Positions 49,001 through 59,109 of a stretch of DNA of 64,000 nucleotides are shown piece after piece. The stretch is from the NCBI GenBank assembly GCA_918797485.1, contig CAKKNE010000002.1, positions 1,736,001 through 1,800,000 of the forward strand, written 5' to 3'. The DNA is from Pelagomonas calceolata. Its lineage: Eukaryota. The notes under the pieces are model-generated. The model did not search any database, was not told the origin of the DNA, and was given only the letters and a program-made list of their open reading frames with translations. Made by a program: the position numbers and the translations under genes. Each line of letters opens with the position of its first letter. The stretch's first letter is position 1.

Positions 49001-49308
49001 GGTTCCGACCTCGGCTCCGGCGCGGACTCGACCACGGGCTCCGCTACGGGCTCCGGCGTATCGACGGCCATCGGCGCGGGCGCTGCACCCTCGCCCTTCA
49101 GCTCGCGCCAGGCGTCGACGAATCGTCGCCGCGTCAGGACCGGCCACGAGTTGAGTGCCAGCAGCGATTCGAGCTCGTCCAGGTCGGAGCAGCGGAGGTC
49201 TTCGAGCGTGTCGGCCACGGCCGAAACCGGCGCGCGGTAGGCCTCGCTCACGTTCGCACCGAGCCACATTTGGAGCTCCCTCGAGCCCTCGGCCATCTTT
49301 CTCCTCAT
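46049..49308 (-). CDS. Mosaic protein B: SAM-like, 3x C2HC Zn finger, AP2, 2x Myb/SANT, Tudor-like, RING; GC-AG intron 48154-48239
   Basis: CPAGC.R.F.H....V.HGK.C fingers; AP2 SRFAGCCW..RRWRANI..LGDFEDEADAARAYD; Myb W..EE..EL..LV..W..I..RS..V..KW twice; RING. The two ORFs join in phase 1 as PPT-G-ATYRASR, matching a duplicate of that segment downstream. Confidence 0.78.
48154..48239 (-). mobile_element. Introner-like GC-AG intron with imperfect terminal inverted repeats
   Basis: Starts GCACGTGCCTTTGTGTGGAAATCAAATT and ends ATTTCTCAACACAG. Its 5' motif is nearly the reverse complement of the 3' end of the intron at 34918-34976. Confidence 0.6.
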
Positions 49309-49612
49309 TCTCGTCGTTCGTGTGGCTTATATTTTCAGCTAAATATCGGAGCCTTCACTACTCGCAAGCCGTGCGCGTCTGGACGAGCTGTGGAAACTCG
49401 TACCTTGGTACTTTATCGGTATAGGTATAGGTATAGAGGCCTAGCCAAAACGGGTTCCGGATTCGCTAGTATGCCTCCGTGGGGGGAGAAAGCAAACCCA
49501 CCCACCAATCAGGACTCCCAAAACATAGATAAAGAAACGTAGTATTAATACCTCACAACACCCCCTCGGGCAGCGCGAGGCGCTCGGGCCGGCGGCAGAT
49601 GGGGCACGCCAC

Positions 49613-52600
49613 CTACACACTACGGAGGATGGTGATCCGTCGTTCACTCTCGCCTGGATCCCGCCCAACAGTAGCGCTGGTACGCAGTCGGGCCCGCTTC
49701 GGCGAGGGCAGCGGCGGCGCCGCGTCGGCGCGGGGCCGCTTCGACTTGCCTTCGGACTCGGCGACGATGGCCCGGGCACGGGCGTTGGGCCCGTCGGCAC
49801 CAACTGTCGCCCCGGGCGGAGGCGAGCTGCGGACGTCCGCCGCCCAAACGCTCCGGCACTCGCCGTCGTCAAACACGACGTGGTAGCGCGTCTCGGCCAC
49901 GGGGCCGCTGCGAGACAGGACCGTCCCGCCCCACCATAGATCCGTATCGAAGTGGGCGAAGATTCGGTCTCCTGGTTCACTCTCCGTGCGGCCCGCGCCG
50001 ACGCGTCGCCGCCGCCGCAATTCCCACGTCAGGTCATGCGCGTATCGGAAGACGTTCTGCCTCCGGTCGGGATCGGGCTTGAGGCAAGCGTCGTGCACAG
50101 TCTTGCGCGATAAACGGTGACACGCCGCGGCGCCCTGCGGCGAGCAGTAGCGCATTTCGACGTCGTTCGCGGGCGAGACCAGCACGACCTCGCAGTTCGA
50201 CGTGTGGCACTCGCAAGTTGCGCACTCCGTCAGCGAGCACTCGACCGACTCGCAGGTCTTGATGCCATCGCGACAGGTCCACTCCTCCGGGAGATCGGCA
50301 AGGTCCGTTCCGGGGGGCAGCACGCGCCATTTTTCGCAGCGCGCGCACTGCGCCCAGGACGCCGATTCCGGTGGTGGTATTATTGGTATGGCCGCGTCGC
50401 GCTCCAGGCGAGGCATGTTGTGGTCCGGCGGTCTGGAGGCCGCCGCGCGTCCCGCCTCGCAGACGAGCGCCGCCGCGCCTTCACTATCGAAGTTCCCAAG
50501 GAACCCATCGCGCTCGCCGAGCTGCGCGCGGAACCGACCTTCGGTCCCCAGGCGGTAGACGCCGCGCCGCCGCGTCGCCACGGCGTGCGCAGGCAACAGC
50601 CAGTCCGTCTGCCAGCGGAAACACACGCCGTCAGCGTCCTTGGCCCGCCCCTCGAGGCAGTCGAACACGGCCTTTTCTGCCAGGCCGAACTCGGCGGCCG
50701 CGGCGGCCGGCGTCTCGTACGCGTAGAGCTCCTCCACCGAATTCGCCGGATCAAACCACGCCACCGTCGCGACGGCGTCGCCGACGGGCGCGGCGGCCGA
50801 CGGGCGCACGACGTGCTGGAATCTCTCGAGTAAGCGCAAGTCGCACGACAGCAGCCGCGTGATGGACCGCCGGCCCTGGATCTCGGACACCGCGCCGCTG
50901 CGCATCGACTTGAGGATGTCTTTGAACAGGTGGCATACGGGGCCCGGCTGGCGCCTCAGGGCGGCCTGGAACGCGTACAGGGCGGACGCGTCCCAGCTCG
51001 CCCGCGTTCCCGCCGCGACGTGGACTGATGAGATCATCTCCCTGCCAAGCTCGCCGAGCACCGCAGCGACGGGCCGCTCCCTGGCATAGGCCTCGCGGAT
51101 AGCCTCCAGGTCGGCCGCGGCGAGGGCCCGCGCTTCCGCCGCGGCCGCTTCGGCGACGCGCACCGCTTCGTTCATTAACCGGTTGAGCTCCTGCTCGAAC
51201 GCGCCCTTCGGCTCGCGCTCTCCGTCCCGCAGCTTGGACCAAGTCGAGAAGCGCATGGTAGCGAACCATCTGTAGACTTGTTCCGGGGTCTTGCCCGTCT
51301 GTCGCACGAGCGTCGCCCACTCGGCCTTGTTAGGATATGGGTGCGCCGCGTGCGCCAAGGTCCACTTCTGGAGCAACTCGAGCCAGTCGTCAGCCAGGGG
51401 AGGCGCGGCTGGAGCCGCCGTCACTACGGCGTCCACCGAGTCGTCGTCCGGCTCCGAGTCAGAAGAGGAGAAGCCCGCCGTCGGCGGCGCGGCCTTTGGT
51501 CGCGGAGGCGGCGGCGCGTCCTCTGGCACCGCGTCCTGTCGCGTCGGCGCGGGCTCTTGTGGGGGAGGCGACCCCTCCGTGGGCAGGACCGGCACGCCCG
51601 GCGGCGCGGCCTCGGCAGTCGCCGCCGCCGGTGCGAGGACAGCGGCCGTCGCGGCGGGCTGCTTTGGTCCGTCCGCCCGCATCGCCTTCATGAGGGACGC
51701 GCAAGTGACCTTGGGAGCGGGAGGGATGTCCAGGACTGTGACATCTCCGTTCCAGTGATGAGGTTTGGCGGCTGCGGGCTCGTCTTCTTCGTCGAAGAAC
51801 GCCTCGTCCGTCACGCAGTCCCCGTCGCCGTACCGCACGTGCCACAATATCGCGCCGTCCTCCTCGACACAGTGGACGTCCAGAAGCGTGCCCGTGAACG
51901 TCTCGCCGGCGTGGTCCGCGGCGAAAGCCTCGCCGAACGCCGTTGCCGGGACTTCGACGACCATGCCGGGCCGATACTCGGACTCGTCCGGCCAACTCAC
52001 TTGGGTCACCACGTGCTCCATCGTCTCGCGGAGCGCCGCCTGTGAAGCGGGCCCGGTACCGGCAAGCGCCGGCGCGGGGTGCTCGAGCCGGCGCGCTAGG
52101 AGCTGCTGGACGTGCCTCTTGCTGTGGGTCGCCCGATAGGTGACGCCGTAACGATCGCACATCTCGAGGACGTGCTGGTGGTCGTTCGGGACGAGGCGCC
52201 GTCTAACCTCGGCAGCACTCCGTTCGTGCGCCGTCGGCGACGGGAACTGGAGTGGCGCCGCGGCCGCGGCCAGGTCGGCCGTGGCCCACGCCACGGCGAC
52301 GGCCGCCTTGGCCTCGTCCTGCTGTCGGAGCAACAACACCCGGCGTTCTCTCCTCGTCTCGAGCGCGTCCCGAGCGGCGGCGCCGGCCCGCACGCGTGCC
52401 TCCCACGCGCCCCGAAACGCCGTGGGGCCGCGCCTGATGTCATCGTCGTCCTCGTCATCGTCGGTTTCGATTGTCTGGACCTTTGTATCCATTGTGCCAT
52501 CGGGGTAGGTCGTGCCGCGCGGCAGCGCGCGCGGCGGCCGGCGCTCGCGTTCGATCTGGCGAGACGCCACGCCGCGCGTGGGTGGCGACGGTAGCGCGTC

Positions 52601-53647
52601 CAGCACATCGGCGCGCGGCGCTTCCCCGGGGAAATTGAGCGTCCTCCCAGAAAGCTCGTACTTTACTACCGCTGCGTCGTAGTTCCGCGCGGCGTCCTCC
52701 TCGACGTCGAAGAGGCCGAGTTCTACTGTAGACCCTCGCACGTAGATCTGCGCCTTCCACTTACTGTAACTGTCGTGCCACGAAACGCCCGTAAAGCGAC
52801 TGGTCTTGGCGCGACCGTTATAGGCGCGGCCAGACACCGGCGCCGCGGGAGGCGGCCGCGCGCCGCGCGCCGCGCAGAACCTGCCGTGCTGAATGGCCGC
52901 CGGCGCGTACGTGAAGGTCCGCGCGCAGCCAGCCGGGCACCGGAAGCAGCCCCGCGTGCTGCGCGTGCTGCGGTCGTGCTTGTACTCGGCATCGGTTCGG
53001 TAGGCACCACCGGTTCCCGCGAGGGCGAGGGCGCCGTCCAGGTACTTCCTCAACGTGGCCAGCCCAAACACGTAGTCGCGGGCTGCGTATTCCTTGCCGA
53101 CGATGTCGTAGTAGCACGGGAAGTCCGGCGGCACCGTGATGGCATAATAATCACCTGATCTCCCCTGTTCCGGACCGCAGCGGAAGCCGCAGCTCGTCAG
53201 CGATTTGCGGAGGCCCCTCATGTTCGTGAGGTCCTTCGCGGCCTCGAGCAGGTCCGCGCACGCGGCGACCCAGGGCGACGCCGCGGACGCGACGTGGGGC
53301 AGCTCGCACGGCCGCTCCGCGTCCGCGTCCGCATCTGCGACGGGCGCGGCGGCGCCCTCCGCGCGGCGCCCTTTGAGCGTGCTCGCCGCCGACGCCGTCA
53401 GCGCGCCCGCGCCCCGCGCCGCGTCGTCTGCGTCGTCCGCGTCCACGTCGTCGTTTAGGACCTCGCAGATGACCTCGCACATCTCATCGCATATCTTCTC
53501 GCCGAGGAGGCACCAAAAAAGCGCCTCGCCCGCGCTGGCGCGCGCCGCCCCTGAGCTAGGTGAGCTAGGTGAGCTATGCTGCCCGCTGCCGGCCCGCGGC
53601 GCCGCCGCGGTTGCTTTGCGCTGTTCGGTGGGTCTGCTGGGGACCAT
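49613..53647 (-). CDS. Mosaic protein C: C2HC finger, AP2, TALE-type homeodomain, NUMOD1-like HTH x2, degenerate AP2, zf-CW, Tudor-like
   Basis: TSRFTGVSW...LGLFDVEEDAARNYD (AP2); LQKW..H..HPYP..E...L...TG....QV..WF (TALE homeobox); WAQCARCEKWR..WTC (CW). Start codon uncertain. Confidence 0.78.
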   Translation of the reverse strand: MVPSRPTEQRKATAAAPRAGSGQHSSPSSPSSGAARASAGEALFWCLLGEKICDEMCEVICEVLNDDVDADDADDAARGAGALTASAASTLKGRRAEGAAAPVADADADAERPCELPHVASAASPWVAACADLLEAAKDLTNMRGLRKSLTSCGFRCGPEQGRSGDYYAITVPPDFPCYYDIVGKEYAARDYVFGLATLRKYLDGALALAGTGGAYRTDAEYKHDRSTRSTRGCFRCPAGCARTFTYAPAAIQHGRFCAARGARPPPAAPVSGRAYNGRAKTSRFTGVSWHDSYSKWKAQIYVRGSTVELGLFDVEEDAARNYDAAVVKYELSGRTLNFPGEAPRADVLDALPSPPTRGVASRQIERERRPPRALPRGTTYPDGTMDTKVQTIETDDDEDDDDIRRGPTAFRGAWEARVRAGAAARDALETRRERRVLLLRQQDEAKAAVAVAWATADLAAAAAPLQFPSPTAHERSAAEVRRRLVPNDHQHVLEMCDRYGVTYRATHSKRHVQQLLARRLEHPAPALAGTGPASQAALRETMEHVVTQVSWPDESEYRPGMVVEVPATAFGEAFAADHAGETFTGTLLDVHCVEEDGAILWHVRYGDGDCVTDEAFFDEEDEPAAAKPHHWNGDVTVLDIPPAPKVTCASLMKAMRADGPKQPAATAAVLAPAAATAEAAPPGVPVLPTEGSPPPQEPAPTRQDAVPEDAPPPPRPKAAPPTAGFSSSDSEPDDDSVDAVVTAAPAAPPLADDWLELLQKWTLAHAAHPYPNKAEWATLVRQTGKTPEQVYRWFATMRFSTWSKLRDGEREPKGAFEQELNRLMNEAVRVAEAAAAEARALAAADLEAIREAYARERPVAAVLGELGREMISSVHVAAGTRASWDASALYAFQAALRRQPGPVCHLFKDILKSMRSGAVSEIQGRRSITRLLSCDLRLLERFQHVVRPSAAAPVGDAVATVAWFDPANSVEELYAYETPAAAAAEFGLAEKAVFDCLEGRAKDADGVCFRWQTDWLLPAHAVATRRRGVYRLGTEGRFRAQLGERDGFLGNFDSEGAAALVCEAGRAAASRPPDHNMPRLERDAAIPIIPPPESASWAQCARCEKWRVLPPGTDLADLPEEWTCRDGIKTCESVECSLTECATCECHTSNCEVVLVSPANDVEMRYCSPQGAAACHRLSRKTVHDACLKPDPDRRQNVFRYAHDLTWELRRRRRVGAGRTESEPGDRIFAHFDTDLWWGGTVLSRSGPVAETRYHVVFDDGECRSVWAADVRSSPPPGATVGADGPNARARAIVAESEGKSKRPRADAAPPLPSPKRARLRTSATVGRDPGESERRITILRSV

Positions 53648-53985
53648 GTAAGCTCAAGCTGCCCCTGCGGGTCCGTATCGCGCGAGCGCGCGCAACCTAC
53701 ATAGGAGGCGAGAAGGCCACCCCTTTGCCAGAGAGCGAGCTAGCGCTGCGCAATTGAGGCATCGGACGCCTCCGTCGTAGGCAGAGAGACGTCGCAGCGA
53801 CGCCTAGCCTCTTTTTTTGCGCGCCCTAGTGGGCATCTGCCGCTAGCTAGCTGCGACACGGACGAAGGACAAGAGCGACAAAATCCCGGCATCGATCGCT
53901 TCAGTCGACAAAACAAGGCAGAAAGTGCTGCCAGTTGCGGGCAGCATCGATTCTGCATCGCTGCGCATCACTGCTGGACTACAAG

Positions 53986-55653
53986 ATGGCCAGCCTGCAG
54001 CACCTCCACGCCCAGTCGGCCGACTACGCCAACGCCGCGGACCGGTCGGATATAGTAGAGACGCTCGCCGCCGCGTGGTCGCGGCGGGGCGCGCCGCGCA
54101 TGGCCAAAGACGCGCCCGACGAGGACGCGCTCGGCGGCGCGAGAGCCGCGCTCGGCGAGGTCGAGAGCAGTTCGCTCAAGGCGGCCCGCGCCCGGGCGAA
54201 CGCCTGGGAGACGCTGGGCAAGGGTATGTTTGTTTGCCGCTCGGCCCTGAAGCTCGCGGCGCTCGACGCCGCGTTCCGCTTTAAAAAAGATGGCTTCGTC
54301 GACGCGTGCGCGGCGCCGGGCGGCTTCTGCCAGTACCTGAGCGCGAAGGGGAGCCGCGGCGCGGCGCTGTCGCTCGTCGGATGTAATACTGATGGCAAGG
54401 GCGCCAGATGGGAGGCGCCGGCCGACGACCGCGTGGTTGTTGTGGAGGGGGACGTCTACGAGAAGGGCAGGCGGGACGCCCTGGTGGACGCGGCCCCGCC
54501 GTCGGTCATGCTGTGTCTCGGCGACGGCGCGCACGATTCGTCGAGCGGCGCGCCGGACCAGGACGCCGCCATCGCTCGGCTGGCGCTCGCCGAGCTCGCC
54601 GTGGCCGTAGCTTGCCTGAGTGAAAAGGGCGACTTTGTCGTGAAATTATTTCTGCCGCTCCGGTGCGCCGCGACGGTCGCGCTCGTCCACGTCGCCTCGC
54701 GGCTCTTCGACACCATATCGCTCGCCAAGCCGGTCACGAGCCGGGCGTCGTCGGGCGAGGTGTATCTCGTCGGGCGCGGCTTCGGGGCGCTGAGCGAGGC
54801 GGAGCGGGGCGGCGTCGTGCGCGCGCTCGACGCGGCCGTCGCCGACACGACGCCCGTGGACCGAGAGCTACCGCAGACCGTCGCGCGGACGCTCGACTTC
54901 CTCGCCGGCGCGCGCCGCCTCTTCGTGCGCGAGCAGCTGAACGCCTGCACGAACGTCGCCGCGCTCGCGGCGGGGCTGCCCGGTACGAATGGGGAGAAGG
55001 TCGACGCGGAGGCCTACGAGCGGGCCTGGGGCCTCGCCCCGGGGAGCCTCGGGAAGCGGCGGCGGCCCTTCGTCGTCGGGCTGGCCGGGCCCTCGGGCTC
55101 GGGCAAGTCGACGCTCGCCGGTCGCCTCGCCGCGGCCTTGGACGGTCGAGTCGTCCACGAAGAACGGTCCTGGTTCAAAGCGAGCGCTGCGCCATCGTAC
55201 GCGTTCCGCGACCCGATCTCGGAAGCGCCTTGTCACGTCGACTGGTCTTTGGCGAAGGCGGCGGTGCGCGACGCGATCGCGGCGCCAGGACCGGTTGTTG
55301 TCGTTGAGAACTATCTGTTGCTTGCCCCGGACGGCGGCGGGCGCCACCTCGAGCCGGAGGTCGACGTCGTCTTATTGCTGGATGGACACGGCGCGTCGTC
55401 GCGCCTGCGAGAGAAGTGCCGCGAGCGCCGCGTCGCGCGGAACCTGGAGCGGCCGGAGGCCGAGAAGACCGCGCTGCGCACCTACTACGACGAGCACGTC
55501 TTCCCTGCGTATCAGAAGTACACGCGCGGGCCCTTCGATCGAAGGACCGGTCCGAAGGTCGAGCTCGACGCGATGGCGTCCGCAGACGACGTCCTGGCCG
55601 CGGCGGTTGCGGCCGTTTCTAACGCGCGGGCGAAGCGCCGGCGAGTAGTGTGA
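53986..55653 (+). CDS. FtsJ/CMTR1-like RNA 2'-O-methyltransferase fused to a nucleoside-kinase-like P-loop domain
   Basis: RSALKL, DACAAPGGF, LGDGA, VVKLF and KPVTSRASSGEVY give the K-D-K-E tetrad; then VVGLAGPSGSGKSTLA, CRERR and YYDEHVFPAY. Confidence 0.82.
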   Translation: MASLQHLHAQSADYANAADRSDIVETLAAAWSRRGAPRMAKDAPDEDALGGARAALGEVESSSLKAARARANAWETLGKGMFVCRSALKLAALDAAFRFKKDGFVDACAAPGGFCQYLSAKGSRGAALSLVGCNTDGKGARWEAPADDRVVVVEGDVYEKGRRDALVDAAPPSVMLCLGDGAHDSSSGAPDQDAAIARLALAELAVAVACLSEKGDFVVKLFLPLRCAATVALVHVASRLFDTISLAKPVTSRASSGEVYLVGRGFGALSEAERGGVVRALDAAVADTTPVDRELPQTVARTLDFLAGARRLFVREQLNACTNVAALAAGLPGTNGEKVDAEAYERAWGLAPGSLGKRRRPFVVGLAGPSGSGKSTLAGRLAAALDGRVVHEERSWFKASAAPSYAFRDPISEAPCHVDWSLAKAAVRDAIAAPGPVVVVENYLLLAPDGGGRHLEPEVDVVLLLDGHGASSRLREKCRERRVARNLERPEAEKTALRTYYDEHVFPAYQKYTRGPFDRRTGPKVELDAMASADDVLAAAVAAVSNARAKRRRVV

Positions 55654-55749
55654 GGCGCTATGTTGTTATTTTGTACTTGAATTAGCTGTTAATATACATA
55701 ATACCTGAACGCTCGACGTGACCAACGTTGCAACACCGAAGCCGTCGCC

Positions 55750-56814
55750 CTAGAAGTACCGCCGCCCAAATACTCTCTCGTCGAACTCTATCTTCCAGGA
55801 TTCGCGCGGCTTCGGCTCTACGGCGTTTCCGTCGTCGTCTAAGCACACCCGATTCATGCGCGGGTGATAAGGCGCGGCGCAGACCGCGCGCTGCGCCTCG
55901 CTCATACCGGCAAGCATCTCCGCGGGCCATTCGACGTAGCCGCGACCATAAGCGCTCCCGGCCGGCGCGAAGCGGTAGATGACCGTGCGGCGCTGGTGGT
56001 CCGCGGTCCACGGCAAAGTACCGTGCAAGGTCGCCTCAGAGAAAATCAGGACATCGCCCGCGTCCAGCGCGGGCTGCTGCACGTACTGGGCCAATTCCTC
56101 GTCCGCCAGGTCCGCCAACGCCGGCGGGATCGGGAAGTTCGACTTGTGGCTTCCGGGAACGGCGCAAAAGCCGCCTGCGCCCGCTGGCGCCGGCGTCAGC
56201 TGCAGGCACACCGTGAGAAGCTGGTTGCGCATCTGGCCGCCGACGCACTCGTACCGCAAGGGCCAAGCGGGCTCACCAGCCTCCGTCACGGCGCCGCCGT
56301 GGAGCGTGTGGCCCTCGGCACCTTTTTCCATCGCCAGCAAGAGGGGCGAGTGGTCCAGGCGGTAGCCGGCGCCCATCAGGTCCGTCATCGCGCCGACTAG
56401 TTTGGGGTGCGCAAGCGTGTTCCGGAACGGTTCTCTGTGTGGAGCCGCCCATCCTAACATGCCGCCGCCGTCGATGCGGCCCGTCTCGCCGTCGCCCGCC
56501 AGCGCGCTCGACTCGCGGCCGTAGAGCGCCGACGTCCGGAGCTGGCCCTTGCGCTCGTGCAACTTATCACTATTCGCGTCGATGGCCTCGTTGGCCGCCT
56601 TCACTTCGTCCGGCGACAGCGCGCCCTTGAGCACGAGGAAGCCGTTCAGGTCAAACAGGTAGCGCTGCTTGGCGCTGAGACCTGCCGTCGTCGTGTCCGG
56701 CGCGTCGTGCTGGTTCTTGAGATTGTCCGCGGATAAATGACCGCTGTGGCCGACGCCAGCTCGCGTCGAGAGCAATCGGCTTGTTGCGATGACGCGTCGA
56801 GTTGCAAGGAGCAT
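55750..56814 (-). CDS. Phytanoyl-CoA dioxygenase-family Fe(II)/2OG enzyme with mitochondrial-like presequence
   Basis: YLFDLNGFLVL, YRLDH, LHGG, GGFCAVPGSHKSNF and AGDVLIFSEATLHGTLPW..RR. Confidence 0.85.
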   Translation of the reverse strand: MLLATRRVIATSRLLSTRAGVGHSGHLSADNLKNQHDAPDTTTAGLSAKQRYLFDLNGFLVLKGALSPDEVKAANEAIDANSDKLHERKGQLRTSALYGRESSALAGDGETGRIDGGGMLGWAAPHREPFRNTLAHPKLVGAMTDLMGAGYRLDHSPLLLAMEKGAEGHTLHGGAVTEAGEPAWPLRYECVGGQMRNQLLTVCLQLTPAPAGAGGFCAVPGSHKSNFPIPPALADLADEELAQYVQQPALDAGDVLIFSEATLHGTLPWTADHQRRTVIYRFAPAGSAYGRGYVEWPAEMLAGMSEAQRAVCAAPYHPRMNRVCLDDDGNAVEPKPRESWKIEFDERVFGRRYF

Positions 56815-57061
56815 GATTGATGCGCTAACGGGTAAACGTTGATCGCTGCGATTAGTGACGCACTGCTGCTGGCCTGTAGTGCACCACACAGCGAACTGCG
56901 AGCACGGTTGACAAAACACGCCAGTGGCAAAAAACGGGTTTTTCGGCGCGCGGCGACGCGCTCGGGAAATTACTAATATGGAAGGCACAATGGCCCTCTA
57001 TAAAAGTAAGCTAAGAAAATTTAGAGAAGAACGAATGGCGCGGTACTGCTTGAAAGCAGAA

Positions 57062-58678
57062 CTACGCCTCCGGAATAAAGTGCGCGACGACGATCGAGAG
57101 GAGTGTCGCCGCCGTCATGCCGCACTGAAATATCAAATTGAGGAGATGTGACGCCTCCTCCTTGCGGGCTGCGTTTTGCGTGGGGCCGCCGGCCTCCGCT
57201 CCTGCGAGTTCGATGGTGAGCGTGTTGATATAACCGCTTCCGAACGAGAAGTAGGCCACGACGGCTACGACGGCCAGGTCGGAGCGCGGGATGAAATATA
57301 CGGGCCCGAAGACGTAGACGAAGTAGAAGGCCATCCACACGATGCGCTGTAAGGTATATATCAACACACCGCCGCCGCCCTCCTTGACGATCCAGCCCGG
57401 CTTATATATCTTGGCGAGAGGCCTCCCGAGGAAATCGCCGTAGAGCCGTGCGAAATAGAGAATCTCGTTGATGTCTCTACCCTCCGCCGACTTGGCGTAA
57501 GCGTAAAACGGCGCCTGAAAGACTGAACAGAAGAGCGACACCCCGAGGGCGATAAGGTAGGTCCGAATCGTTTTTGATACTGGATCCGCCGGCTCCTCTG
57601 CCGCCTCGAACGTCGACTCGCGTGCCTTCGAGCGTGGCGTCTTGTCGGCCTTGGCTCGTTCTAGGTTCTCGAGGCGGCGCGCGCCGTGCGCGCTGCCGAG
57701 GATGTAAATCCAGCACACGAGGCCGCCCGCGGAGAGAAGCGCCGAGCACCAGAGGAATAAACTAACATCACGAAGGCTCGAGGCGGGCCCGATGTGCAGG
57801 GCGATGGCGAGCGGCAGGGCCGCGAGCTCCGGCGCGCGGAAGCCCGTCTGGAGGGCAACGTTTGCGTCTGGAGGGAAGAGAAGTGTGACAACGCTCGCCG
57901 TTCCGTGCGACCACCAGGTCAGTACCCCGGAGAGGAACATCATCATGAGCGGCGGCCCGCGCCCGCCGCCCACAAACGACGCCGGGAAGGCCAGCATAGC
58001 TATCGCGAGGCCGCCCATACAGAGCGTGCTCCGCACCACAAAACTCGACCGCACCCCCAGGCGTTCGTCGAGGAACGTGTCCAGCCGCTTCTGGATATAC
58101 GAGACGCCGATGCCGGGCATATAGAATGCGGCCGAGAGCACGACGAAGAAGCTCGGACCGTAGTGGGCGTTGAAATAGGAGATGAGGACGCCCACCATGG
58201 TGAAAGAACTCATATATCCCAGCGACGTCAGGAAGAACAGGCCGTAGAACCAGCCTGGAGGCTCCGGCAGCGGCCGCCGCGAGAGCTGTTCCTGGTACGC
58301 CTCTAGCAGCCACGCGTCGACGCCGCGCGCCATCGCCGACGAGTAGGCCGACGACTTCCGGCGCTGCTGGCCGTAGAGCCGTCGCGTGTCGCTGTAGAGA
58401 CGGTCGCCGACCGATGGTGCGGCAAAGTGCGCGGTAGGTTGCGAGCCCGACACTGATGTTGGCCGCGGGCCTCCTTCCTCGTCGATGACCGGCTCATAAT
58501 GAGTGCGATCACCAAACAGCCGCCCGTAGAGGCGGTCGCTCAGTGAGCTTGCGACGACATGTTGCAGAGGCTGCGAGCCCGACACCGACGCACTACGCGT
58601 CAATCTGTTGTCAGTGCCCGCCGGCCGCAGATCAATGGGCGGCGCGCTCCGCGCCCGCTCCATGCTCTCCCTCTCCAT
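57062..58678 (-). CDS. Equilibrative nucleoside transporter (ENT/SLC29)-like
   Basis: About 11 hydrophobic segments, GDFLGR and FSFGSGYINT; disordered N-terminus with duplicated SVSGSQP..DRLY. Confidence 0.75.
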   Translation of the reverse strand: MERESMERARSAPPIDLRPAGTDNRLTRSASVSGSQPLQHVVASSLSDRLYGRLFGDRTHYEPVIDEEGGPRPTSVSGSQPTAHFAAPSVGDRLYSDTRRLYGQQRRKSSAYSSAMARGVDAWLLEAYQEQLSRRPLPEPPGWFYGLFFLTSLGYMSSFTMVGVLISYFNAHYGPSFFVVLSAAFYMPGIGVSYIQKRLDTFLDERLGVRSSFVVRSTLCMGGLAIAMLAFPASFVGGGRGPPLMMMFLSGVLTWWSHGTASVVTLLFPPDANVALQTGFRAPELAALPLAIALHIGPASSLRDVSLFLWCSALLSAGGLVCWIYILGSAHGARRLENLERAKADKTPRSKARESTFEAAEEPADPVSKTIRTYLIALGVSLFCSVFQAPFYAYAKSAEGRDINEILYFARLYGDFLGRPLAKIYKPGWIVKEGGGGVLIYTLQRIVWMAFYFVYVFGPVYFIPRSDLAVVAVVAYFSFGSGYINTLTIELAGAEAGGPTQNAARKEEASHLLNLIFQCGMTAATLLSIVVAHFIPEA

Positions 58679-59109
58679 GCTGTGAGCCTCCAATTGCCCT
58701 ACGAGCACCCGAGGCTGCCTCGCTGCGGTGGAGGGCAAAAGGATTCGATCAGTGGTTTGCACGCTGCCCAGCCGTGCCCGCCCCACGGGGCTCAGCTCCA
58801 GAACGCGCAATCCTTCTTGGAAGGATTGCTAGTGTGTCAATCAATACGCTAGGTTTCAGGGAGTTGCCGAGAGGTCTGGCTCTGGTGCTAGGGAGCAACG
58901 GACCAATCAACTTTGCTTTCTGATCGTTGCGCTGCAGTGTGGTGCAAAGCCGCCCGCAATTTTTGCTGCGGCGCCGCGTAAAAACCGACGCTCTCAGCCA
59001 CCACTTGCAACACAGACCGGGGCGCCGGCGCCGCGCAAGACACCGATCTCCACAGCCACCACAGAGCAACAAATAGACCAGGGCGCAGGACGACGGGCGC
59101 CCGCCACGC

